From contig JBLDXI010000001.1 of assembly GCA_047495785.1 (NCBI GenBank), forward strand, positions 2,418,001 through 2,482,000: DNA of 64,000 nucleotides. Direction: 5' to 3'. This DNA comes from Lepidodermella squamata. Taxonomy: Eukaryota > Animalia > Gastrotricha. The notes under the pieces are model-generated. The model had not been told where the DNA came from, made no database searches, and saw only the letters and a list, made by a program, of their open reading frames with translations. Positions 1-12,886 of the stretch are shown here, piece after piece (position 1 is the first letter of the stretch; each line of letters opens with the position of its first letter). The position numbers and the translations under genes are program-made.

Positions 1-1
1 T

Positions 2-190
2 TACGTATCGCAACGTCGCCAGCATTTGGAGCATTGCATAGCTGTTATGCAATGGGCAGTTGACGAATTTGTGAGGGTCTCATGTGGCAACTTCAAAGAT
101 GAGATGATGCAAAACTTCACGTTTGATGACGACTTGGTGCGGTGCTGCTTTCAAGAGGAAACTCCAAAGTTGACCGAAATCACGACATGA
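2..190 (+). CDS. 3' end of an unidentified gene entering from the left edge
   Basis: Frame 2 is open from the window edge (YVSQRRQHLEHCIAVMQWAVDEF...KLTEITT) to TGA at 188-190, with an AATAAA about 80 nt downstream. Confidence 0.45.
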   Translation, partial: YVSQRRQHLEHCIAVMQWAVDEFVRVSCGNFKDEMMQNFTFDDDLVRCCFQEETPKLTEITT

Positions 191-800
191 CATTCATTAT
201 TTTGACCTTTTTTATTACCGCATTATCAGTACTGAGGGATGACCTAGTTGGAACATACGCAATCAAATAATAAAATACCACGAAGTAATGCTCAAGGTAT
301 ATTAACGAATAACGATGGAAATATTAAATATCGACATTTAATATTTCAATATAAGAATTGTGCTCGCCAACTTCGAAACCGAAGCTGCATTTATTTACAA
401 GCCTTTGAATACAAGCTGAATAAGAATGCCTCTGTTTTTTAGCTCTCTGAGACTGTAGAAAACTTGAAGCCCTGCCCTGCTTTTAGAAATGAAAAGAAAT
501 TTCGCCATAGTGGAATATTGCGGAAAATGTGCTTGCTTTCTCCACAAATCTGGCGTGTTTCGATTTACCGGCACGTGTGACCCTGTTTACAACAGCGAAT
601 TATACTGTTTCCAAAACAGGGTGAAAAACAACACCAATTCTGCACGCGATCTTGAAGCCAAGGCAGGTGCTTATTGGCGGCGGCGGCAATTATTCAACAA
701 TCCCATTCATGGTTTTTAAAGAGCGGTTTCGAATCTGCGCAAATCATCAGTTTTTCGAAATACTTATTCAATTTATCTATTTATTTTTCCTACATTCAAA

Positions 801-1424
801 ATGCGTTTCGTTCTCCTAGCGGCTATTATTGCCCTATTTTGCATTGGTAATTGACCCACTTTTTTGTCAATTTATTTCACATTATTTAAACTTGCAGTCG
901 CCAGCTCGGCGAACAAGGGGATTGGCAAGCGTGGACGTGGCAACAATGTTTCCGCCTCGGTGAACAAGAACTCGGCCTCGGCCTCGGCCGGTGACAACCG
1001 TCGTCGTGGCTTCTTCGGCCACAAGAGTCGTCGCGGCAACTTCGCCTCCGCCTCCGTCAACCGCCGCTCCGCCTCGGCTGCTGCCGGCAACAACCGTGGC
1101 CGTCGCGGATTCTTTGGTCGCCGTCGTGGTGGCAACTACGCCTCAGCCTCCGTCAACAAGAACTCCGCCTCGGCGAATGCTGGTGACTACCGTGGTCACC
1201 GTGGCCATTTCTTCGGCCGCCGTGGCTCCCGCTCGTCTGGTTCCTTCTACGGCCGTCGCCATGGACGCGGTTTCTATGGCCGTCACGGTTACGGTCGTCG
1301 TGGATTCTACGGTCGCGGTCGCTATGGCTACGGCTACGGTCGTTTCGGCCACCGTGGTTTCTACAGCGGCTCGTCCTCGTCCGGCGATTTCTATGGCCGT
1401 CGTAATGGCTGGTTCTGGCATTAA
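801..1424 (+). CDS. Secreted Gly/Arg/aromatic-rich repeat protein (possible peptide precursor, antimicrobial or structural protein)
   Basis: Exon 801-846 encodes signal peptide MRFVLLAAIIALFCI. A 51-nt GT-AG intron (847-897) joins in frame to exon 898-1424, which has three ~27-aa SASVNxxSASAxAG..RRGFFG-like repeats and GFYGR repeats. Confidence 0.85.
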
Positions 1425-2144
1425 GCGGTTTCGTGAAAGAACTATAGATAGGACTGCCAAATGCCGATTTTTCGGCGAAATATTTCGTGTATGAGTCATG
1501 CAACGATGAGTGCTACAACGCCTTTATTTATTTCTTCTCTGTGGTATCGAGCAATTGAATGAAAAGCCAATATTTTCGATAAATTTTTAGAATAAAAATT
1601 ATCGATTTTTGATTAAAACTCAATTTTTTTAATTAATTTAATAATATAATTTTGTTGAATAGTATGTAAAGGACGGGGTTTTCACACCATATCAGAGCGC
1701 GCTAGATCAACAAGTGAGATAACATTGGGTGCACCAGGTGCTTTTCTGGCAGCTTCAAAGTTTCGAGATGAAGCAGCGGCTCCGTTCAGATATGAACTCT
1801 TTACTCATGCTATATCATACAAGTATAGATTTATTGCTAGGAGGCATATTCAAGCTGAAGAATCGTCCGCGTTATTCGTTCCCCGTCATTGAGAGAACCA
1901 CCTCTTTTGAGTGTGGGCGCTTGAAAGTTTGGAAACCGATCTTACTAATAAACTTTCCGGCATCCTTATTATTCAACCGCCCCTGATGCTCACATACCTG
2001 AACTAGCAATGATCAATTAATTGCATAACAATTTATTGCGCAGCTAGGTCGCGAGATCCTCCGTGCCGAAGCTAATTAGCCTATATCTGTATAATCTTAA
2101 TGGCTTCTGAGTTTTCATCACTTCTTAGAAATTGAACTTCGACG

Positions 2145-3394
2145 ATGGCACATTCTTCCTTAGTCGATCCAATAAGAACATCATGGGTGCTGGCTGTCCT
2201 ACCTGACCACGGCGATGAGAAACCGAGGCCCTACTTCGTCGGTTGGTTTCATGACCTTGACAAATCGACGGTGAATGAGCGGCTGCCATTTTTCCTAGCG
2301 TTTTCAATATTAGCCCTGCTAGCGTTAACTGCCAGCATTTGCAATGCTATTCTCTATTACAAGCGTTCTGTTAGGCGAGACTTCTTGGTGCTCGTAGCTC
2401 TTGTAGGCGCCGCCAATTCATTGGCAGCCATCATCTGTGCGATTATGATTGGCTTGAACTTGCGAAGCGGTTTCTGGGAAGGTGGGGCTCTGAGTTGCTC
2501 CATACTCTATTTTATGATGTTCACCAGCGGATCTGTTACACCCTGGCTGCATATGCTCATCAGCTACGAAAGAAGACTTTGTCTACTATCAGATGGTTTC
2601 AATTCATCAGCCAACTCGATGCGCGTAAGAAACAATAAGAAAAAAAGCAAATCTAGGTTAAAAATATCATGTTAGGTTGCGATTCTGGCTATCTCAGGAT
2701 TGGCAATCTTCGCGTTAATGTGGGTGACAATCTGTTTTTACCCGTTCCAAGCCCTCAGCATGCAATACATAAGAGTTCCAGTCATCAGCAATGCCACTGA
2801 GCTGGCCTTTTGTGGCGCATTCGGCTATCGAGTTATCGGAAATTATGACACAATGATTTTGGTCGTAGCGTACTACGCTGTTGCAGTTGGCACTCCGTTC
2901 TGTTTTATTGCTATCAACTATTGGTAAAATTCTTCATAATGACCTGATGTTTAGCTTTAATATGTTCGTCATTTTTCAGGAAGATATACTGCCGATTTCG
3001 GTCGATCAAACTTCGGCTAGCCAGATGGGCGGGGAATTTGACAAGGGTTAACACTCTTGACACAAGTTCATCATCATCAACAGTTCGCACAATGGAAGGC
3101 GACTGGAGGACAAGAGAACTATTTTTTGCCAAACAGCTGATTCTCTCATTATTTCTATATACTGTTTCCCGGGTCCCTATTTTGATAGCGTTGATCATTG
3201 AAATATTATTTGACGACCTCGGTCCGCAAGTCATGACTGGTACAATTCATCAGACCACGGCGCTGATTTACATCTGCGAAGCATTTATCGGACCTGCCCT
3301 TCAGAGTGTCAAGCCAGGTTTTACCTATGATCTTTCCAAGTTGAAATCCCGACTAATCGGAAAATTAACCGCGGTTTACCCGTCAAACAATTAG
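2145..3394 (+). CDS. Rhodopsin-like (class A) GPCR, divergent, 3 exons
   Basis: Exons 2145-2624, 2676-2923 and 2980-3394 join in frame through GT-AG introns. About seven hydrophobic segments, with a TM3 Cys and ISYERR at the DRY position. Confidence 0.75.
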
Positions 3395-4430
3395 TAGCTA
3401 ATTAACTCAGTTAAAAACTTGAGAAAAAACCCTAGGATGACATTATTATTATTAATGTTATTTTGATTATTTTATCCGCGAAAGCTTTACGTCGCAATGA
3501 TTTTGATAAGTAAAAAATTCGTGCACGTAGACGTGGTTGTTATGTTTCGGAGATTCCCCAAAGCTATTTCGTAGAAAGATTCTTCACTGCACAAATTTTA
3601 GTAAGAATCGTGACCAAGAGGAGGAGCATGAACGTATCTTCTCGTTTGATCACTGCTGCAGCATGAAATACTCGCACTTCCGCGTTCTTGTGAGCGTCTC
3701 CGACGGCTGAAGTTGCCGCCTACCCTTTTGAGGCTGAAAATGTCGCTAAGGGTCACGACAAAACGTGCAATCATATTTTTCGTGGTAAAAGTATAACGCT
3801 TGATTTGAATGCTCCACTGATGATGTCTAAGCTTAGTATTCTCCTTGTCAGCAAACCGGAAGCGTGGAAGATGTCTATCAACATCGTCGAGGCGTGTTTT
3901 AAGAGTTTTGCTCCGAATTCGGAAAGGACGTTCATGTCTAAAACTGAGCTAGAGTGGCTCGGCGGAATTTACTTCAATGGAAAGCTGTAAGTTTTCCAGT
4001 CGGGAAAAGCATAAACGTCATACCCACGAACTTTCGGTTAAAATCAATGACGAAACGTGTCTATACAATCCACATATTATATGGTTTGAAATTTCCGAAT
4101 TTGTATGGAAATTTGCGAAGTGATGTCACCGAGCTCAGATGTGTATTGCTACCTCATGTGTCTCACCGAAGGAGAATCGGCTCTACTTTGGCCTCAATAA
4201 GTAAGATCGGTCAGAAGAATTCAGCGAGGTTCCTTGCAAGCTGATTCCATCAACATTGACTAGTATCGTCAAAATTAATTTCTAACGTACTAGCGTCCAT
4301 TTTTTACCTGCTGTTTTATTGCATAACAAAATGTACTGATGAACGACCTAATTAAGGCATACAGAGGGGCATACAACCACGCAGTAATGCTAATAATTAA
4401 TTCATTGTTTCGAGCTTTCTGTTCATTCTT

Positions 4431-7400
4431 TCAATAAGCAGCCGCCACCAGCAAGTATAGATTTATAGTTAGGAGGCATATCAGGCTGAAGAAGAAAACA
4501 ATTAGGTCAATCGCCCGAACGAGAGAAACAGGTGGCGAATTCTTCAGTAGAACGATAACAACGTTGCCCCTGACTAAAAACGGCTGGGCCAGGGCGGAGA
4601 CAACAATTTCGTAAGCTGTAATCATAGCTATCAGAGCAGATAGGAGGATGATGTAATTCGCATATAGGATTTGCTGCGAAGTTTCAGGAACGCTTTGCAA
4701 AACAGCTGCCTGAGCAACAATTAGCGATAACATCATCGTTCCACAAAATGCAGGTCTATCAGGCTCGAATGGAGCCATCATCAGGGAGCAAAACGCCAGA
4801 ACGATTATGATGTAACATGGGATCAATAGATTGACAAGGTAATAAGCGGGATTTCTTTGTAATGTGAAACGAATTCTACCATAGCTCATCGATGACAACC
4901 TTCGACTTGGTGAAGTTGTAGTGCCGAACTCCGTGCGAACATTGACCAGGTACCATATTTCGTTCGACAGTCCCCCTGTCGTTCTAGCGTAAATGCCACC
5001 AAAAGTCAGAAAATCAGCTGATTCATCGATGAGGAAAGTGTACTCGCAGGTCTGATGGTCAAATGGAAACTTCGCAAGGTCAAGCTTGCATTTCGATGTG
5101 AACGATCCGATTCGGTTCCAATGGAAAAACAGCGTGCGGTTGGGGCTTGTTGGGTAGTAAACAATCTCCATTTTCTCGCCATAGACCGGATTCGCCAGGT
5201 AGAAATCGGTCGACGTGTTGGCGAAAATTAGAGACGGGCGCCAGATGTCTTGTCGTTTCGCTGTAACAATTCGTTCTTTTTGGTCAACCGCAGGCGCTGC
5301 TACGTCATCCGAACACTCATCAACCATCCATTGCAGAAGGATCGAACTCCAAATTGTTATTTCTTGCGTCGATGGGCTGATGGATTGCAGGCCTTCTGCT
5401 GCGAAAGTCATATAGATTTTCGTGTTGGTGTCAGACGGCGATCTCATGTCGACACTAAGATACGTACAAGGCGCAAGGTCTTCGTACTTCAGAACCGGCC
5501 TTCGGTTCCCATCTATCAAAGGCGGTATGGGGAAGCCTGTCTCAGGATCTGAACCTCCTACAGTAGATGGCGAACTCGTCGATGAATTTGCGATGGTTTT
5601 AGCTATTGAAGTCATAGCCGTTGTCTTAGCTGTAGATTGAGTCGGTGGTGCGACGCCGGGGGTCAGTTGGAACAGATAACTAATAGCGCAAATTTCATTA
5701 AGGAGGACACTTTATAGAGATAATTGACACTCACAATTTCTCAGCAATGATACTTGCGTTGAACCCTAACATCCCATGCAAGTGCCAGATTCCGATGGGG
5801 TCTATGACATCGCTTATACCTGTTGCATCCACGTTGGAAACGCAAACTGCATTTTGGGAGGTCAGACTCAGCGGTAACGTAGCAATCGCCACCTAAATTT
5901 AAGAATGACTGATTCAATTTTGATATCATGCGATGAATGTTACAGTGATAATATCTTCAACGCATTGAACAATCAGTCGGTAGTAAGTTGTGCCAGTCAA
6001 AGGAAGTAAATCTGGAATGCCGCAAGATGGCTGCGACGTGCCAGTATAATTCAGTGGAATCGGCGTCGAATTATAGACAGTTGCGTAGGCTGGAGTGACG
6101 TAAACCTCGCCATAGCCGTAGCCGAGACGCTGCCAAACATGCAAACCATCATAGTTTGTCAACGAATCGAAATTGAGTGCGCCATTAGATTTAGCTAATT
6201 CGTTATTGATAAACAACACTCTTTTCCTTTCACAGAATCAAGTACCTTTTGTCCACGAATACTTGCTGCCAACGCTCAGTCCGAACCATGCATATGAACC
6301 ATCTGTTTTGTAAGTCACTCGCAAATCAACCTCAGCGCGCCATAGCGTATTCAGGATTCCCGGGCCGCCATACTAATTAAAATGTGGCGTTTTACACCTG
6401 AGAATCTTTGGATGCAAAAAATTACATTACTGTCCATTTGCCCATACGCAGTTGAACCCATTTTAGTCAGTTGGTACCCCTGGCTGGTACTTGTGGCCCC
6501 TGTCAAGCTCAGATCCATCGATCCAGTCACACTTGTGTTCACACGATCAAACGAAATAAAACTTCTGTACTTGGGCGTGCCTGAATAGTAAGTAGGCAGA
6601 GGCAGCGATACGGTGTCTGGAACCGGCGATATCGTTTCATTTAAAATCCAGAAGTAGCTATAATTTGTTCAAAAATGAAAAATTACTGATAATGGGTTAA
6701 ACAATCAATCTTACAATTTCTTCAATAGGATATCAGCATTTGACCCATTTGCCCCTATGAAGAAGGGTGAGTCATTGCCTTGTAGGCGTTGATAAGTCTC
6801 GGTCCATGCATTATAGTTTGTAACACACGTCGCTGGTGTGGTTTGTCCGTAGCCAGGGAGCGGGACGACTACAACCTAGAAACAATCCCTAGAATTGAGA
6901 AGGCTCTTTGAGAACAATGATTTTCATACTGTTATCCGTTCGTTAAGAGATTGAACGATCATTTTGTATTCAACTTTTCCTGAACTGTTGAACATGTCCG
7001 GACTGCCGCAGCCTGGCGTCGATATGTCGTTGAATGCAGGGGGTAATTGGGTGTGGAGGGCTCCGTTCTGATGCTTTATGTACAGGGTACCGCCAACTCC
7101 TACCTGTTGCCAGATGACCAAGCTGCCCAGCCATAGAACATAATCGTAAGGCTCAGTGTTTGCCGTTAGATTTGAAAAGTAACCTGGTGTAACATTCGCA
7201 AATTGTTGGTTAAAGCCTACAATGAAATTTTACCAGGTCTAGCATTCCAGCCGTTGATAGAAAAGCCAAACCAGGCACTACTGCCGTCCGTCTTGTAGTT
7301 AACACTCAATTCCATTTCGACTCGGTAATTTCCAGGTACGCGACCTTTAGCAAGATCTCTGCTCTTGAAAAATTAGACAGAAGGGACATTGTATCAACAA

Positions 7401-7710
7401 TTCATTTTTTATCAATTTTTTTTACCACAGCCAATCTGCCGAAAGTTGAGTTGGGCGTGTTAGGATTTGACATCGAAGTGAGTTGGATACCTCCCGATAC
7501 CGACTTTGCGGCATAAGAAGTCGAAGTCGGCGCTGTTGCGTCAATGTTCGCATTCTCCTTGTCAAACGATAGGTCATCAGCGTAAATGGGCGGTGAAGAA
7601 TACGCTGCAGGTAGGGGTAGGGAGAAGGTATCAGGAACGGGTGATACTGCTTCAGCCAACGGTACCAATTGAACCAACAGGCTGACGAAAATTCGCGTAA
7701 AATCTGTCAT
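4431..7710 (-). CDS. Cys-loop ligand-gated ion channel subunit with two tandem N-terminal extracellular domains and a Ser/Thr-rich linker (9 exons)
   Basis: Signal peptide at 7710. Eight short GT-AG introns join the upstream ORF fragments in frame to ORF 4431-5615, which has IWRP, Cys-loop CKLDLAKFPFDHQTC, R-x-P-x-YY-x-x-N-x-x-x-P before M1, and four TM helices. Confidence 0.85.
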
Positions 7711-8218
7711 TTTTGTCTCATTGAAAATGTTCGTAATGACGGATTGTCGCAGAATAACAGAAGCTCAGACATTGGCTCGTCCAAGAGCGCACTTTGGTTC
7801 ACTTCATAGATTGTTTAGCCATTAGTATCCAAGGAATATGAGCCTCGACTGCGCTGCTCAGACCTTATTGCGCCAACAGTAAGTAGTATACGGATAAAAA
7901 TAGTTGAATATTTACCAGGAATTTTCATAACATTAGCATTCTCCATGTCATTCTTTTCGGGAGCATATACTCGGGAGCGCATCATAGTCCACACGAGACT
8001 TTCCTCCTATTTTTCCTCCATATTCCATTTTCTCTCCCTATTGTAGTATCTAGTCCAGCGTTTGTTTACCCTTTTACCCTGCTTTTTTATGTGTCTGTCT
8101 GTATGTGATATAAAAAATCGATTATGAGTGCCCCTTCACTTAGTGTGAATATGCAAAAAAGATGCGTGTCTAGTAATTAGTCTAGTCATAAACACTGCCA
8201 TTTTTGTGATCGAGTCAC

Positions 8219-8390
8219 ATTCGGGCACCACTTTAACCGGTTGTGCCCCACCGGCTCCGTACAGCCTTCACCGGTAGTACCTGCCACAGCGATGAAATTC
8301 GCCCTAAAAAGCGAAGAAACTGAATAAGTCTCCGGTTTCATCCGGAGGTCCGGGGGTTCTCACGAACCTCACAGCGGCTTAGTCCGCAAA
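8219..8390 (+). ncRNA. Candidate structured non-coding element, copy A (family unassigned)
   Basis: Shares ATTCGGGCAC..GTGCCCCA and GGTCCGGRGGTTCTCACGARCCTCACAGCGGC with 16133-16252. Stems are kept despite sequence change. Confidence 0.5.
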
Positions 8391-8615
8391 TGATTAAAAA
8401 ACAAATTTGTTAAAGGTGTGCCAAGTGGTATCGACGATGGACAGCAGATAGCCGTTGCGTTTTTGGACCCTTCCTGCATATTCAAAATATTCCGAGTCAA
8501 AACAAAACAAAGTTTATTGGCTGAAAACTTGAGCAAAAGTTGATGGAAAGCAGAACTTATAACTTATAACAAAAGAAATCTAAATAGTTTACTATATAAA
8601 CCGTTAGATATTTGT

Positions 8616-11585
8616 TCACCAAAACGAGCATTTCTCAGCCGGGTTCATCTTAGCGCCAGCCGGGCACTTGAACGCTTCTGAAAATTTATCGAAATTCGAC
8701 AGTGTCCCAGTTACACGAATCGGCCCTGGCGTGTGCTCATCCTTCAGAACAGCCAATCGAAGCGACTCGGGTAAATAACTAGTACACCACATTTGACCAA
8801 ATGCCACGAAAAACAGCTGGTCATTCGTCAGCTTCAACGCATCGGTTGATTGCTCACAAATTTCGTGATCTTCCTCGCCAATTTCTTCGCCCATACCTTT
8901 GCGGTAGGCATCGAATGCAACGCGAATAGCTGCGTTATCAGCGATATTTTCGCCGACGGTTTGGGCGCCGCGAATGTGCTCGCCGTTAGCCTCGTAAGCG
9001 TCGAACTGCGAGACGATGCACGCGGCGCGCTCGTCGAAGCGTGACGACGTCTCGTTGTCCCACCACAGGCGCAAATGACCCAGTTCGTCGTACTGCTTGC
9101 CTTTGTCATCGATCGAATGTGCCAATTCATGACTTGAAAATAAAAATTATCACAACAAAATTGTATTTTTCAATGTTTTTTAAAATTAAAAAAATCAGCT
9201 TTTCTTCACACAATAATTCTGAAATTTGAAAGATAGGCGGGCCAGGTGATTACTGATTATTCGGTAATTTTTCGGAAATTTTCTGTTTTCCCTGATTTTT
9301 TTGAATATTTTTTTCGACTCAGTGTTCGAAATGAGGTGACCTACTTACCTTATAATAGCACCGATCGCTCCATAATTAATTGACCCTGGCAGATGGTCGC
9401 CCTTGAAGTAGAAGGGCGGGTCGAGAAGCCCGGCTGGCAGAGCAAATTTATTCTGATGAGTCGCGTAATACGCATTGGCAGTCGTTGGCGTCATGTACCA
9501 TTCGTATTTCACGTCCTCAACACGTCGCAATTTCTATAAAAATAAAAATTTTACGCAATTTTTCTAAACTTTTCTGAAATTTCCTACCATTAGTTCTCTT
9601 TTAAAGGAATAATTAAACGCGTGGAATTGATTAAAAGCGTAGTCTTCAGTGACTGTCAGATTTTCGTAACGGTTGTTCAAGTAGGTCGAGTTGAGAATCC
9701 AATCTGGGAAGCCGACGTCGTAAACTAGGGCGTCGAGCTTCTTCAACGCAAACTCCCGCGTGCTGTCCATCATCCAAGTCGCATTTTCCAACCGCCGCCG
9801 GAAAGATGACACGATTTCTTTCGTCAGGTCCAGAACTCGATGCTTGTCGTCGACGGAGAAATATTCGTCGAGAAACAGCGCGCCGAGAGGGAAACCGATT
9901 GTTGAGTCGGTGTCGGTAACGCAGTGGTGCCAGATTTCCGGCTCGCCTTGAGAGCCTTCGAATATTTGCGCGAATTTTGCGTACAGGCTGCGGAAAGACT
10001 CGCCGAAGTACTTGGCGTAGTCGTCAACGGCTCGGTAGACGAAATAATTGTGCAGAGTTCTACGACCCGACCAAGTTTCCAACATTTCGCTAAGAATAAA
10101 TTTCAAAATTTTACATTTTTGCTTCATTTTCAAAATTAATTAATTAACTAATAAATTTTTAATTGTTTATTAATTTAATTAATTCTTTTTTTTTAGTTTT
10201 CGAATTGAAAATTGCTTAATTCATATTTTAACCGCCCGAAAAAATGGAAAATAATTACCTTATCAGCGGGCCCAGGCTCAAGAAGTAGGGTGAGCAATGA
10301 AACGCAATGACCTCATCGTCGTTGATTTCAACGCCAAGACCATCAAAGGCCGTTCGAAACAGCCTAGTCCAGTTGACGAACGACGACTTTTCATTCATAG
10401 CCGCAATTGTCGCAGTCGAGTAGATTTTCGTGTGGTTTCGAATTTCATGCTTCGGTGACTGTAGAGCGGCTAGGCGTTGCTCGAACTCAACAACCTCGCG
10501 AACGTAGTCAACAATTTGCGGAGTGTAAACGATGAAAAGTTGGTCATCATCGTCATCATTTTCAACGCTTTTATCGACTTCGTTCGATTTTTCGTTCGAA
10601 TTGTCGTTCTCGGCCGATTTTTCGTTGACAGCACGTCGTTTGCGCGCTATGACCTCGTTTTGGACAATTTTAGTGTATTCGACCAGGAGATCGACGTAAG
10701 CTGTCAAAATAGTGTCGTTTGCTATGGTTTTGTTGATGTAATAGTCGCGGGTATCGCTGCCGAGGCCGAGGCCACCTTGGAAGATTTGGATCGAGTACAT
10801 GGAAGAATTAACCGTATCAGTGGTCACGCCCCAATAGAACAGGCCGTTAGGCGTGAACGATGACAAAGCAAGCAGTTCCGACGTCAAATCGAATGTTTCG
10901 TTCTGCGAGGTCATAAAATATTTCAAAAATTTTAAAATTTTAAACAAATATTTCCAAATTCAAAATAGTTAAAAAAAATTAAATTTCAAATCGAAAATTT
11001 TAATTTTTGAAATTTTAATAATTTATACCTTTAATTTTTAATTTTATCTAATTTTAATTAATTTTTTAATTTAATTGTTGATTAAATTTGAGGTAATTTA
11101 TTTGTTTTTTTGAATACCTCAGGTGGACTTTCGTAAAACCAAAATCCTCCAAGTTGATTGACCATATGCTGCATAGCAAGGACGCCGTTCCGGTTCGTTG
11201 CATTCACGTCCATGCATGACTGGAAATATCGATGCGCTTTCGCCCTCGCGCTGTTTCTGTCGCCATCAACCATCAGCGGTTTTTCAAGAACAAGCCGCGA
11301 CTTTCGCGACAGGGCCATGTCGTTTTTCGTAAACTGCGAAATTTTGTTGTCGCCGGGGGTGATTTTGTTGTTGGCTGCAAACCGCCCGCAGACGAATTCG
11401 TAGAAATCATCGCATGGATCGATCGATGTGTTCATCAGTTGGTAGATCGACGAAAATTTCGAACATTCCGACGTGGATTTTTGATCATTTATCGCAAATG
11501 ATTTCTCCCGGCCAGTCGGACTGGCAAGAACTACATTCGAGAGTAAAGATATCGCCGAAACTAATGTAACGGCGAATAGTTTCAT
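8616..11585 (-). CDS. M13 metallopeptidase (neprilysin/ECE family), probably secreted, 5 exons
   Basis: Signal peptide MKLFAVTLVSAISLLSNVVLA. Motifs DPCDDFYEFVCG, ANAYY, HELAH (starts just after the last intron), GENIAD, HTPGPIR and terminal MNPAEKCSFW. Confidence 0.93.
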
Positions 11586-12886
11586 TTTCGACACAATTTC
11601 AGCCTGGCAAAATAAGTAAAACCTGAGAGACTACGACGTGATAGCTTGAAGAACTTCGCTATGATATCTAAAGCTTGCAACAGATTGGATATTAGGACCA
11701 TAATGGTAAATATAGACACTTCAATCTGTGGCCCTATGCTGCTTATCAAACTTGAGCCACGTGGTTGGTCACAACAATTACGAGAAAACGCCTTGATTTA
11801 CCGGATTCCCTTGCTGCCAGGTGTAACGTTAAATAATTTATTCGAAAATGATAGTTTTCCAGATTCGAAGCAACTTTCCTCGTAAATAAAAATCCATTCG
11901 CCTGATGTTGTTAATTTAGCCGTAAAAAATTGTTAAATATGTAGTTGTATTTATGGCTTGGCGAATTATTAATTGATGCACAATAACAACTCACATTTTT
12001 AAGTGTTCTCATTTCGAAATAATTTCCAACCATTAATTTTAAAGCCCATTTTCTCTGCAACCATGATGGTAATCAACCTCTTTTGCATATATACCGTTCG
12101 ACATCTTGCTAATTGACCTTGAGAGTGGCATCAAAACCCCACGTTTCACCTGTTAATTAACCTGTTAACTGTTAATTGATTCTGTAACTTCATCTGTAAC
12201 TGTAATCTGTAATCTGTGAGGTTCCGAAAGATCGACGGCGCAATAGTAATTTTCTACCTCCGAAGCAATTTTCCTTGGAAATTAAAGAGGCGGCGAATAG
12301 ACTGCCCTTGACCAGAGCCTGATTTCGCCGTAAAAAATTGTCTTAAAAAGTGAAGACGAAGGTGAAATATTCTGTCGGGATTACTGCGATGATTCATCGA
12401 GCGTGTGTTGAAAATCCCTTGTTTTTATTATTATTTTAAAAGTTATCACATTTTTTCAAGCCATGAAATAATGAATAAAGGGGCAATAAAGGCGCAATTC
12501 TGATAATACAGCCGCTGTTACAGAAAAAACAACTGGCCAATTTCTCATTTTGGTTCACTATAGACGCAAATATGTTCGTGAGTTTTGCCTGCTACACCTG
12601 ACTTCACCGATAGGGTCCAATGGACCACCCATTGTGCCTTTTTAATTTTTTTTTCGAAAAACTGTTCAACTGAAGAATTCTATAAATTCATCCAGATGAA
12701 TCTATATATTCAAAATAACTAGCGGGATTGAAGTTTCAGTGAAATCAGATAGGAACAATTGAATCAGTCCCGGGCGCCGATTTCCCATCTCACCCTTCAT
12801 TTGCTTGAAAATTCGAAAATTCAAAGTTTTTGCTCCGCTGAAAAAAATCACGCCAAAGTGATGTTGCAAAATTACATAAAATTATT

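Noticed and set aside
872-1503. Overlapping long ORFs (872-1135, 991-1494, 1143-1499, 1153-1503)
   Set aside because: Shadow frames of the GC-rich repetitive exon. Only the frame joined to the signal-peptide exon is supported.
3700-4244. Short ORFs between the GPCR and the channel gene
   Set aside because: No recognisable motif, start or splice structure. Possibly a decayed gene, but not supportable.
8330-8380. Hammerhead or HDV-like ribozyme call for the structured element
   Set aside because: The minus strand has CTGTGA rather than CTGANGA, and GAAA does not follow stem II. No P2 pairing for an HDV fold could be found.
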